Positions 8,451 to 18,937 are shown, counted from the stretch's first letter. The stretch is DNA of 37,436 bases from Thermoanaerobaculia bacterium (GCA_036559905.1 DATBSF010000438.1:1-37436), one strand, 5' to 3'. The notes: generated by a model from the letters alone, not told the origin. Translations and numbers: made by a program.

Positions 8451-9829
8451 TTACTCCTCGTCGTCCTCGTCCGCGCCGCCCGCGGCTTTGTACTTCTTGG
8501 TCTTGTTGTAGAGCGTCTTGTACGAGATACCGAGGATTTCGGCGGTCTTTCGGCGGTCGCCGTCGGTCATGTTGAGCGTCTCTTCGATGACCAGCCGCTC
8601 GACTTCTTCCATCGGCTGACCCAACGGGATCGTGACGGCATTCTTGTTCCGCCGTCGACGCGCACCCAGGAGTTTGTCCGGCAGACACTCCACCGTCAGC
8701 GAATCCGTGCGCGCCATGATGAATGCGCGGTTGATGACGTTGCGAAGCTCGCGGACGTTGCCGGGCCACTCGTACTGCTGCAGCGCCTCGATGAAATCAG
8801 GCTCGATGTTCTCGACTTTTTTCTCCTCCGTCTCGTTCAGTTTCTGGAGGAAGAAGTGCGAGAACAGCGGGATGTCTTCGAGGCGCTCGCGCAGTGGCGG
8901 CACCTCGATCGGGAACACGTTCAATCGATAGTAGAGGTCCTCGCGCAGCTTTCCGTCGGCGATCGCCTTCTGCGGATCGCGATTCGAGGCCGCGATGATG
9001 CGTGCGTCGATGTTGATCTCTTCGTTGCCGCCGACGCGCCGGAACTTTCCTTCTTCCAGCACGCGGAGCAGTTTCACCTGGAGCTCGATCGGCATTTCGG
9101 TGATCTCATCGAGAAACACCGTCCCGCCTTTCGCCATCTCGAAGTAGCCCTCACGACGCTTGATCGCGTTCGTGAATGCTCCCTTCTCGTGGCCGAAATC
9201 TCGGACTCGATAAGCGTCGGCGAGATAGCGCCGCAGTTGAAAGCGATGAACGGCTTCATGCGGCGGCGCGAGAGCGAGTGGATCGTGTTTGCGACGACTT
9301 CTTTTCCCGATCCCGACTCGCCGACGATGAAGACGTTGGCGTCGGTGTTCGCCACCATCTCGATCTCCTCGAAGAGTCTCTGCATCCTCGGCGACTTCCC
9401 GACCAGGTGGCCGAGGGCGCCCATCTTCTGGAGCTGACGGCGCAGCTCGAGGATCTCCTGCTTCATCATCTGCTTGTCTTCGATCGACTGCAGAATGACT
9501 TGCAGGCGCGGCAGATCGACCGGCTTGGTCACATAGTCTTCCGCGCCGACTTTCAGCGCTTTGACTGCCGAGTCGACGGTCGCATGTCCGGTGAGGATGA
9601 TCACCGAGACATCAGGGTAGGTTTCTTTGATTTTATGGAGTAAATCGAGACCCGTGCCGTCCGGCAGTTTCAGGTCCACGATCGCGACATCAGGAACGAG
9701 TTTGGAGACTGCTGCCCAGCCCGCTTTCACCGTGTCGGCGACTTCGACCTCGTAGCCCCACTCCTCCACGACGTCGGCCATGCCCGCGCTCGTGGCGCGA
9801 TCATCGTCAACAACCAGCACGCGTTTCAT
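8451..9829 (-). pseudogene. sigma54-dependent Fis-family response regulator (NtrC-like), split by a 1-nt frameshift
   Basis: ORF 9074..9829 encodes a REC domain (DDD..., 'IVDLKLPDG', 'YVTKP') and Walker A 'GESGSGKE'. It leaves the conserved frame after 'LIESE'. ORF 8451..9137 continues in another frame with 'GGTVFLDEI', the AAA+ core and a Fis HTH '[15 protein letters not shown]'. The bridging peptide '[25 protein letters not shown]' is readable in the second frame from 9197. Confidence 0.8.
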
Positions 9830-10485
9830 TGGTCACCTAGGGGAAGCGAAAGCTTGAGAATCACCTTATCACGTTCCTGTGTAGCGTTCAGCTGTCCTCC
9901 GTAAGTCTCGACAATCAGACGCGCAGAAGCCAGTGAGAGATCGGGATTTCCTGCGGGATCCGTGTAATAGAACTTGAAAATTTTTTCCACTTCGAATTCT
10001 TCAGACGCCGGCTGCCCACTGACTGAAATGCGCAGCCATTTGTCGGCGCATTCCGCGGAAGCCTTTCGGCCTTCCGGCTTCAGGATCTTGGACGCACCCT
10101 CAATGAACAGCTTGAGCGCCTGTCGAATTCTGGACTCATGTGCACGGATCTTCGGAGATCCTTTGACCGCAAGATCGAACTCCTCCATGAAATCGGAGCA
10201 GATTCCGGTCATGTCCACCAGCTTCGGATCGTCCTCGTTCTTCGGCGGCGTCGACAGAAGGAAGAATGCGTCGAAGATCCGCGCCATCCGGCGCAGCTCG
10301 ACTTCAATCGCCGCAGTGTAGGCCGCGACTTTTTCGTCGGTGGCCCCGCCGCCGAGCTTGGCGATGCGCATGCGCAAGAGCTCGAGGTTCAGCACCGCGA
10401 CGTTGAGCGGCGTCTTGAGGTCGTGCGCGGTATCGGCGCTTCGCAGAAAGTTCGCGCGCGCAAAGGCCTCAAGCCACGGTTCCAT
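9826..10485 (-). CDS. sensor-less histidine-kinase-like protein (DHp plus degenerate HATPase domain)
   Basis: 219 aa. H-box 'AHDLKTPLNVAVLNLELL'. The C-terminal HATPase-like fold has an F-box ('IFKFYYT') but no N-box Asn, no DxGxG and no GxGxGL. There is no TM or sensor domain. The stop overlaps the response-regulator start by 4 nt. Confidence 0.7.
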   Translation of the reverse strand: MEPWLEAFARANFLRSADTAHDLKTPLNVAVLNLELLRMRIAKLGGGATDEKVAAYTAAIEVELRRMARIFDAFFLLSTPPKNEDDPKLVDMTGICSDFMEEFDLAVKGSPKIRAHESRIRQALKLFIEGASKILKPEGRKASAECADKWLRISVSGQPASEEFEVEKIFKFYYTDPAGNPDLSLASARLIVETYGGQLNATQERDKVILKLSLPLGDQ

Positions 10486-10514
10486 CAGTCAGGCAGTTTA
10501 CCGAATCTGTAAAC

Positions 10515-11600
10515 TTGCCACAGATGCGCGATTTCATATGGGTCGCCGGAGTAGCGCTGCGTGTCGTATGGATTGTGCTGGCGCTTTTGATTGGCCTGGC
10601 GGTGCCGATGGCCGCGTCGATGACCTTGGCGACCCCTGCCGGCTTCACCATTCTGTGCGGGTCGGTCGTCGTCGCGTTTCCGCTGGCAGGTCTCACGTAT
10701 CTGTGGAGCCTGCATGCTGAAAAGCAACCGTTTCTTCGCTGGTTGGGAATGTCGGTCTACGGGTGGGTGATCGCGATTGCGTTTTTTCTGATGACCTTCA
10801 AGCTCATGACGAATCTGTTGTCAGCGTCACGAGCGGCGGTCACGCTCGCGATCTGGGCGGCCATCATTGTTCTCGTTCCTTTCTACGGGTACGTCGCGGC
10901 CACCAATGTCGCGAGGATCACGGCCACCTCGCCGCCGCCGCCCGCGGTCGTTAAGCGACCACTTTTCTGGCTGGTTCTGATTGTGTGTGCCGCGATCATT
11001 CAGTCGCTCGTTTGGTATCGGCAGCGCGACTCCCTCTTGATCAGCGCAGCGGAGAAAGGAGCTGAACGCAGAGCGGCGATTCTGCTTCGCATCGGCGCAA
11101 ATCCGAACGGCACATCGAACAAGACGCCGCTCGCGCCTGCCGCTGCGCGAGGCAATGTGGCAATCGTCCGCGGTTTGCTGACAGCCGGTGCCGACGTCAA
11201 TCATGCCGACGCTTGGGGGCGAACCGCATTGTTTGGCGCGGCGCAAGGCGGGCACATCGAGGTTTGCAGGCTGCTGCTCGATGCAGGCGCGAAGGCAAAT
11301 GTCGTGGCGCAGGGTCATTCGACTCCGCTGCTCTACGCCGTCGAATCGGGGTCGCTTTCGGTCGTGCAGATGATTCTCCAGTCCGGCGTGGCAGTCGACG
11401 AACCAGGAGTCACGGGCTGGACGCCATTCATGACCGCGATCGCGAGCGAACACTTCGAAATCGCGCAAGCACTCGCGCACGCCGGTGCCAACGTCAATGC
11501 GACCGATTGGCAGGGACAGACCGTGCTTCAGTGGGCGCGCAAACAATCCAAAGACGACGTCGTCGCTTTTCTGCGCGCTACATACCCCGATGCACGTTGA
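10515..11600 (+). CDS. membrane-anchored ankyrin-repeat protein
   Basis: 361 aa. About five N-terminal hydrophobic helices are followed by tandem ANK repeats ('TPLAPAAARGNVAIVRGLLTAGADVNHAD', 'RTALFGAAQGGHIEVCRLLLDAGAKANV', 'TPLLYAVESGSLSVVQMIL', 'TPFMTAIASEHFEIAQALAHAGANVNA', 'QTVLQWARK'). The start is uncertain (ATG 10515 or 10524). Confidence 0.8.
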   Translation: MPQMRDFIWVAGVALRVVWIVLALLIGLAVPMAASMTLATPAGFTILCGSVVVAFPLAGLTYLWSLHAEKQPFLRWLGMSVYGWVIAIAFFLMTFKLMTNLLSASRAAVTLAIWAAIIVLVPFYGYVAATNVARITATSPPPPAVVKRPLFWLVLIVCAAIIQSLVWYRQRDSLLISAAEKGAERRAAILLRIGANPNGTSNKTPLAPAAARGNVAIVRGLLTAGADVNHADAWGRTALFGAAQGGHIEVCRLLLDAGAKANVVAQGHSTPLLYAVESGSLSVVQMILQSGVAVDEPGVTGWTPFMTAIASEHFEIAQALAHAGANVNATDWQGQTVLQWARKQSKDDVVAFLRATYPDAR

Positions 11601-11994
11601 TCATCGCGACCGATTCCTCGAGTTTTCCTTCGACGATCGCGAATTCGGGATCGTGCGACGACAGATCGGCGAGTTCCTTCTCGTACTTGGCGAGGTCGGC
11701 TTCAGCGGCGGCAGCGTCAATCTCCTGCGGCAGCCGCGCGGTCTCGGCCATGACGGTCACGCGCTCCGGCAGAACTTCGACGAAGCCCCACGAAATCACG
11801 AGACTGTGTGACTCGCCGTTCGTGCGATATCGCATGATGCCGACCTTCAGCAGCGCCAGCAGCGGCGTGTGTCCCGGCAGAACGCCGATCTCGCCGTCGT
11901 AAGCCGGCAACACCAGCTCCACCGCATCGGTCTCGATGATCTTGCGCTCGCGCGTGACGACCGTCAGGTGGAACTTGGTCGGGAGATCTGCCAT
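11578..11994 (-). CDS. atpC: F0F1 ATP synthase subunit epsilon
   Basis: 138 aa. 'LTVVTRERKIIETDAVELVLPAYDGEIGVLPGHTPLL' is a typical epsilon N-terminal beta-sandwich. It lies 3 nt downstream of atpD. Confidence 0.9.
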   Translation of the reverse strand: MADLPTKFHLTVVTRERKIIETDAVELVLPAYDGEIGVLPGHTPLLALLKVGIMRYRTNGESHSLVISWGFVEVLPERVTVMAETARLPQEIDAAAAEADLAKYEKELADLSSHDPEFAIVEGKLEESVAMINVHRGM

Positions 11995-11997
11995 CGA

Positions 11998-13521
<1,524 letters not shown>

Positions 13522-14382
13522 TTATCCTTCTGACGCTGCAGCTCCACTGACGATTTCAATGATTTCCTTCGTGATCGACGCCTGCCGGATGCGGTTATAG
13601 GTCAGCGTGAGATGCGCGATCATGTCGGCCGCGTTCTTGGTTGCCGCTTCCATCGCCGTCATGCGCGCGCCCTGCTCGGCGGCTGCTGACTCGAGCAGGA
13701 TGCGATAGAGCTGAAACTCGATGTGCTTCGGGAGGAGCTCGTTCAGAATCTGCTCCGGCCCCGGTTCATAGAGGTAATCGACTTCCGTACCGACTTCGTC
13801 CCACGCGCGCTCGATCGGAAGCAGGCGCTCCACAACGACGCGCTGCGCGATGATCGACTTGAATTCGTTGTACGCGACATACACGGCGTCGACTTTCTCG
13901 GTGATGAAATCCTCGACGAGCGTCTTCGCAATTTCCTGCGCGACCTTCAACGAGAGCGCGTGAATCGTCTGCACCGCTTCGCGGCGAATCGGATACGTTC
14001 GCCGTTTGAAGAAATCCATTGCCTTGCGTCCGATCGGAACGATCTGCACCGATTGCCAGTTGTGCTCGCGCAGTGCGTTTGTCGCGGCGCGGATGACGTT
14101 GGAGTTGAACGCGCCGGCGAGACCCTTGTCGGCGGTCACAACCACCAGCAGCACGGTGTTTTCCTGCTCGTGCGTGCGAAGCAGCGGATGCTCGAGCTCC
14201 TCGACGCGCGTGGCAATAGAAGTCAGGACCTGGCGAAGCGCCGCGGCGTATGGGCGAGCGGCGAACATGCGCTCCTGTGCGCGGCGCAACTTGGCCGCCG
14301 CGACCATCTTCATGGCCTTGGTGATCTGCTGCGTGTTCTTCACGCTGCGGATCCGGCGGCGGATGTCGATCGTGTTTGCCAT
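13522..14382 (-). CDS. atpG: F0F1 ATP synthase subunit gamma
   Basis: 286 aa. N-terminal 'IRRRIRSVKNTQQITKAMKMVAAAKLRRAQ' and C-terminal 'NRIRQASITKEIIEIVSGA'. Confidence 0.95.
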   Translation of the reverse strand: MANTIDIRRRIRSVKNTQQITKAMKMVAAAKLRRAQERMFAARPYAAALRQVLTSIATRVEELEHPLLRTHEQENTVLLVVVTADKGLAGAFNSNVIRAATNALREHNWQSVQIVPIGRKAMDFFKRRTYPIRREAVQTIHALSLKVAQEIAKTLVEDFITEKVDAVYVAYNEFKSIIAQRVVVERLLPIERAWDEVGTEVDYLYEPGPEQILNELLPKHIEFQLYRILLESAAAEQGARMTAMEAATKNAADMIAHLTLTYNRIRQASITKEIIEIVSGAAASEG

Positions 14383-15920
14383 TACTTGACGACGACGCCC
14401 TTGCGATCCTTGACGTAGTCGTTTTTGAATTCGGTGAGCGCGCTCTTCATGTCGTTCGAAAGCGCGTCATCGAACTTCGACGCCTTTTCGATGCGTTCGA
14501 TCAGATCCCCGCGGTTGTCCATGATCCATTGATGCATCGCCACTTCGAACTCGCGGATGGCTTCGATCTGCAGGTTGTCGAGGAAGCCCTGCGTGCCGGC
14601 GTAGACGGACATGACCTGCAGGCCGACGCGCATCGGCTGATACTGCCCCTGCTTGAGGATCTCGACGAGACGGCGGCCGCGATTGAGCTGCGACTGCGTG
14701 ACTTTGTCGAGGTCGGAGCCGAACTGCGCGAACGCGGCCAGCTCGCGATATTGCGCGAGATCGAGTCGCAGCGTTCCGGCGATCGCGCGCATCGCGCGGA
14801 TCTGCGCCGATCCGCCGACGCGGGAGACTGAGATGCCGACGTTGACCGCCGGCCGCACACCGGAGTGGAAGAGATCGGTTTCGAGATAGATCTGGCCGTC
14901 GGTGATCGAGATGACGTTCGTCGGAATGTAGGCGGACACGTCGCCGGCCTGCGTTTCGATCACAGGCAGCGCGGTCAGCGAGCCGCCGCCTTTTTCGTCG
15001 GCGAGCTTCGCGGCGCGCTCCAGGAGTCGTGAGTGGAGATAGAAAACGTCGCCGGGATAGGCCTCGCGGCCGGGCGGGCGGCGGAGCAACAGCGAGATTT
15101 CGCGATACGCCTGCGCGTGCTTGGAAAGATCGTCGTAGATGCAGAGCGCGTGCTTCTTGTTGTACAGGAAGTACTCGCCCATCGCGCATCCGCCGTACGG
15201 CGCGAGGTATTGCAGCGGCGCGGGCTCGCTCGCGGAAGCGCTGACGACGATCGTGTGCTCCATCGCGCCGTAATCCTCGAGCGTCTTCACGACTTGCGCG
15301 ACCGTCGACTTCTTCTGACCGATCGCGACGTAGATGCAGATGACGCCCTGACCCTTCTGATTGATGATCGTGTCGACCGCGATGGCCGTCTTTCCGGTCT
15401 GCCGGTCGCCGATGATCAGCTCGCGCTGTCCTCGCCCGATCGGAATCATCGCGTCGATCGCTTTGAGTCCGGTCTGCAGCGGCTCTTTCACGGGCTTGCG
15501 ATCGACGACGCCGGGCGCGATGCGCTCGATGCCGTAATACTCGGAGGCCTGGATCGGACCTTTGCCATCGATCGGTATCCCGAGCGGATTGACGACGCGG
15601 CCGACCATCGCCGGACCAACCGGCACCGACATGATCTTGCCGGTTCGCCGGACTTCGTCCCCTTCCTTGATCGCGGCCGCTTCGCCGAGGAGAACGACGC
15701 CGACGTTGTCTTCTTCGAGGTTCAGCGCGAGGCCCACGACGTCGTGCGGAAACTGCACGAGCTCGCCCGCCATGACGCGATCGAGTCCGTACACGCGCGC
15801 GATTCCGTCGCCGACCGAGACCACCGTCCCGACTTCGGCGACATCGATGCCCTTGCCGATGCCGGTTAATTGCTGACGAATAATCTCAGTGATTTCTTCG
15901 GCCTTTAAATCAGTCGCCAT
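14382..15920 (-). CDS. atpA: F0F1 ATP synthase subunit alpha
   Basis: 512 aa. P-loop '[11 protein letters not shown]', '[42 protein letters not shown]'. Confidence 0.97.
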   Translation of the reverse strand: MATDLKAEEITEIIRQQLTGIGKGIDVAEVGTVVSVGDGIARVYGLDRVMAGELVQFPHDVVGLALNLEEDNVGVVLLGEAAAIKEGDEVRRTGKIMSVPVGPAMVGRVVNPLGIPIDGKGPIQASEYYGIERIAPGVVDRKPVKEPLQTGLKAIDAMIPIGRGQRELIIGDRQTGKTAIAVDTIINQKGQGVICIYVAIGQKKSTVAQVVKTLEDYGAMEHTIVVSASASEPAPLQYLAPYGGCAMGEYFLYNKKHALCIYDDLSKHAQAYREISLLLRRPPGREAYPGDVFYLHSRLLERAAKLADEKGGGSLTALPVIETQAGDVSAYIPTNVISITDGQIYLETDLFHSGVRPAVNVGISVSRVGGSAQIRAMRAIAGTLRLDLAQYRELAAFAQFGSDLDKVTQSQLNRGRRLVEILKQGQYQPMRVGLQVMSVYAGTQGFLDNLQIEAIREFEVAMHQWIMDNRGDLIERIEKASKFDDALSNDMKSALTEFKNDYVKDRKGVVVK

Positions 15921-15926
15921 AATTAG

Positions 15927-16460
15927 TTATCCTAATGACTCGCGAAATTTTTCTATCTTTCCTAAAACCGAGGCGTCGAAGACTTCGCTGCCGATCTTGG
16001 CGACCAGCCCGCCGATCAGGTGCGGATCGGTCTTGATCGTCAACTCGACCTTGCGGCCGGCCTTTTTTTCCAGCATGCGCCGCAGGTCGGCCTGTTCCTG
16101 ATCGTTGAGAGGCTTCGCCGATCGAACATCGGCGGCCACGGTGTCGGTCGCGGCGCGGATCATCTCCGCCAGCGCTTCGATGACGGAAGTCAGGCCGTTC
16201 AAACGGTGATTGCGCGTGAGAACGTCGAGCACCTTGACCGCTAGGTCGGAGAGTCCCAGCCGCTTCGCGATCGTCTCTGTGATCTTTGCCTTGTGCGCGT
16301 ATTCGATGCCCGGATTCGCGTACAGCTCCTGCAGTTCGGTCGATGACTTTCGCATTTCGTCGAAACGCGTGAGCTCCGTGCGCAGCGTGGTTGCCTTGTC
16401 CGGCGAGCCGACGACATCCATGATTGCGCGCGCGTACGGTCTTGCGAAGCGGCGGATCAT
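15927..16460 (-). CDS. atpH: F0F1 ATP synthase subunit delta (OSCP)
   Basis: 177 aa. 'ARPYARAI' start and the C-terminal 'GGLVAKIGSEVFDASV' OSCP signature. Its start overlaps the atpF stop (ATGA). Confidence 0.9.
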   Translation of the reverse strand: MIRRFARPYARAIMDVVGSPDKATTLRTELTRFDEMRKSSTELQELYANPGIEYAHKAKITETIAKRLGLSDLAVKVLDVLTRNHRLNGLTSVIEALAEMIRAATDTVAADVRSAKPLNDQEQADLRRMLEKKAGRKVELTIKTDPHLIGGLVAKIGSEVFDASVLGKIEKFRESLG

Positions 16461-17104
16461 GACTGCACCTCTTCGACCTGCTTGAGACTGTCGCGGAAGA
16501 GTTTCTGGCGGTCGGCGTCAGTCGTCTTTTCGCGCAGGATCTGCTCCGCGCGCTCGCTCGCGAGCTGACCCGCATACTCGGTGAGCTCGTGCCGCGCGTG
16601 CTTGAGCCGGTTCTCGACTTCGCCACGCGCGCTCGCCAGAATCTTCTTCGCCTCCGCCTCGGCTGCCGCGATCATCTCCTGCTTCTGTCGCTCCCCTTCG
16701 GCGAGCGCGCGATCGCGAATCTGGCGCACTTCGTTCTCGAGTTGTGAGAGACGGGCCTGGATGTCAGCGGCCAGCTGATCGGCTTTCGCGCGGCGCTCGC
16801 GCGCTTCCTGCGCTTCCTGCTGGATCTGTTCGTGTCGCCCCGCGAGCGCGCGCTTGATCGGCTTTCCGATGAAATAAAACAGCACGCCGAGAAACGCCAG
16901 CATGTTGGCGACTTTCCAGATCCACGATGGAAGACCGAGGAACCTGGGAGACTCGTGTTCGGCGTGTTCGTCCGGATGTCTCGCTTCCGCTCCGACTTTC
17001 TCTGACCCGTGCGCGATGGCATTCGGTGGCTGCGGCTGCTGCTGCTGGGCAAACGCGAACGCGGCGCAGAAAGAAATCAACAGCGCGAAGGTGGCCGCTC
17101 TCAC
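16457..17104 (-). CDS. atpF: F0F1 ATP synthase subunit b, with N-terminal signal-peptide-like extension
   Basis: 215 aa. The TM segment 'WIWKVANMLAFLGVLFYFIGKPI' is followed by a long charged coiled coil. The GTG start overlaps the b' stop (GTGA). About 60 extra N-terminal residues begin 'MRAATFALLISFCAAFAFAQQQQ'. Confidence 0.85.
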   Translation of the reverse strand: MRAATFALLISFCAAFAFAQQQQPQPPNAIAHGSEKVGAEARHPDEHAEHESPRFLGLPSWIWKVANMLAFLGVLFYFIGKPIKRALAGRHEQIQQEAQEARERRAKADQLAADIQARLSQLENEVRQIRDRALAEGERQKQEMIAAAEAEAKKILASARGEVENRLKHARHELTEYAGQLASERAEQILREKTTDADRQKLFRDSLKQVEEVQS

Positions 17105-17535
17105 ACCGGCCTCCCGAGGATGCGTTCGGCTGCGAGGCGAGCGAGCGATTCGGCATCGTGCGCGAGTTTCGCTCGCGCTTCGACGACATCGCGGCTCAGC
17201 CGCTTATCGGCTTCCGCGACAAGCTTCTGCGCCTCGCCTGTTGTCTTCTCGACCAGCGAAGCGCGATGGGCGCCGGCATCGGAGCGAAATTTCTCACGAA
17301 GCTGCGCCGCATCGCGCTTGGCCTCATGGATGGTTTGCTCGATTCGGTCTGTCTCTTCGTTGAAGCGACCGAGAGATTGCTCGTAGATCTCCTGGGCCGA
17401 CCGTGCCTCTGTCTCGCGCGACTCCAAAACGTCATTGATTGGCCGGAGAAAATACCGGCTCACGATGATGTACTCGAGGATGAAGATGACCATCACTGCG
17501 AGCAGAGAAAGGTCGGGCATCAGGTTGATTTGCAT
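17101..17535 (-). CDS. atpF2: F0F1 ATP synthase subunit b' (second b-type subunit)
   Basis: The ORF is trimmed to ATG 17535 ('MQINLMPDLSLLAVMVIFILEYIIVSRYFLRPI', TM then coiled coil). An alternative ATG is at 17520. The longer upstream part of the ORF is antisense to the YkgJ-like gene. Confidence 0.75.
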   Translation of the reverse strand: MQINLMPDLSLLAVMVIFILEYIIVSRYFLRPINDVLESRETEARSAQEIYEQSLGRFNEETDRIEQTIHEAKRDAAQLREKFRSDAGAHRASLVEKTTGEAQKLVAEADKRLSRDVVEARAKLAHDAESLARLAAERILGRPV

Positions 17536-17619
17536 ACGCTTTTTGGAACCGGGGAACGCAGCGGCAGGCCGACAGCAGCGCCCTTTCCCGAGGCCGCCGC
17601 TGTATACCATAAGGCAAAG

Positions 17620-18174
17620 ATGTCGTACAAGAACATCCTCGACCGAGCCGACGCGTTCTTCCAGTCGGTGAACGCAACGCAATCGCAGCATATGCAGTGC
17701 GGCCGCGGTTGCTCGCTGTGTTGCTACGGATTGTTCGAGATCGGCTCGGGCGACATCCCGATCCTTGCCGAGGGTCTGGGTGAACTGCATCCGATGCGGC
17801 GCCGCAAGATCATTAGAAAAGCGGTCGAGATCGTCGCGGCATCCAAGCATCCCAACCTGCGAGAGTGCTCGCCGATCGAGAAGGAACAGTTCTTCGATCG
17901 CACGGCGTCCACAGCGTGTCCCAATCTGAACGACGCCGGCGAATGCGTGATCTACGAACACCGTCCGCTCGTGTGCCGCACCTTCGGCCTCCCTCTACGC
18001 GACCGCGACAAATACCTCGGCGACGTCTGCGAGCTGAATTTCAACGAAGCGAACGACGAAGAGCGCATGTCGGCCGCGTGGGATCTGCAATGGGAGGACG
18101 AACTCGGACCGGAAGATCAGTACACCATTCCGGAAGCGATCGTCCTCATCGCGCGCATGCGCGGCTGGATGTGA
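17620..18174 (+). CDS. YkgJ-family cysteine-cluster protein (CxxCxxCC type)
   Basis: The ORF is trimmed to ATG 17620 ('MSYKNIL'). Motifs are 'CGRGCSLCCYGLF' and 'CPNLNDAGECVIYEHRPLVCRTF'. An AAGG lies upstream of the ATG. Confidence 0.7.
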   Translation: MSYKNILDRADAFFQSVNATQSQHMQCGRGCSLCCYGLFEIGSGDIPILAEGLGELHPMRRRKIIRKAVEIVAASKHPNLRECSPIEKEQFFDRTASTACPNLNDAGECVIYEHRPLVCRTFGLPLRDRDKYLGDVCELNFNEANDEERMSAAWDLQWEDELGPEDQYTIPEAIVLIARMRGWM

Positions 18175-18235
18175 TCCGATTCACATTTTCGCGCGCCGTC
18201 GGGTCATAATATCCATCCTTTAATAGCGAGGACGA

Positions 18236-18937
18236 ATGTATTGCCCCGCGTGCGGCGTGAAGAATGATGACGACAAGGTCGAGTGCTTTGTCTGCGGTAA
18301 ATCGCTGCCTTCCTCGCTTCTCGTCGATCTCTCTCCCAAATCCAACCGCCCGAAAACATTGTCCGGTCGCGCGGCCGCTGCAGTGTCCTCGGCCGGCCCG
18401 ATCGCGGCGCGCCTCGGCGATCGACTCATTGCGCTGATCCTCGACACGATGTTCATCAGCGCGATCGTGCTGCTAGTCGCGGCGGCTGTTCTCTCGCGCT
18501 GGCCGAGGATCGCCGAAGGTCAGTCGGTGATTACACTGGCGGCGGTCAGCGCCGGCGCCGTGCTCTTGATCGCATTCATTTACTACTGGCTTCAGGAAGG
18601 CGCGTTCGGCGCGACGATGGGAAAAGGGATCATCGGGGTCCACGTCACGCGCCAGGACGGATCCAAACCGGGACTCGGGTCCTCCGCGATTCGCAACGCG
18701 TTCCGTCTGCTCGACGCACTTCCGTTCTACGTCATCGGATTCTTCGTCGCCCTTTTCTCGCGCGGCCGGCGAACACTCGGCGATTACGCCGCGGGAACCT
18801 TCGTGTTGGAGAAAGCGGTCGTGCCGGTGGGAGAGCGCATCGCGGTCGTGTTTCTCTGGCTTGCCGGAATCACAGCCGCAGTGTGGGGCGCGTGGTTGTT
18901 GTGCCCCACCTGGTTTCAACTGCCGATCGGGAAGTGA
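18236..18937 (+). CDS. RDD-family membrane protein with N-terminal zinc ribbon
   Basis: 233 aa. 'MYCPACGVKNDDDKVECFVCG' is a zinc ribbon. It is followed by 'RLGDRLIALILD' and several TM helices with 'RRTLGDYAAGTFV', typical of RDD domains. A GAGGA SD lies 5 nt upstream of the ATG. Confidence 0.7.
   Translation: MYCPACGVKNDDDKVECFVCGKSLPSSLLVDLSPKSNRPKTLSGRAAAAVSSAGPIAARLGDRLIALILDTMFISAIVLLVAAAVLSRWPRIAEGQSVITLAAVSAGAVLLIAFIYYWLQEGAFGATMGKGIIGVHVTRQDGSKPGLGSSAIRNAFRLLDALPFYVIGFFVALFSRGRRTLGDYAAGTFVLEKAVVPVGERIAVVFLWLAGITAAVWGAWLLCPTWFQLPIGK

Noticed and set aside
8442-8600. A sigma54 -24/-12 promoter (TGGCAC-N5-TTGC) near the sigma54-type activator, upstream of the propeller gene and in the 10486-10514 divergent spacer.
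   Set aside because: I found no GG/GC pair with the required 12-nt offset by eye in these stretches. This is a negative result from manual scanning only, so a proper PWM scan is still needed.
17536-17961. Upstream extension of the b' ORF (286 aa from 17961). Similar 5' extensions exist for mnmG (23274) and topA (7056).
   Set aside because: The extensions run antisense through, or overlap, neighbouring genes and lack family features. The internal starts give canonical N-termini: a TM helix for b', the FAD fold for MnmG and Toprim for TopA.
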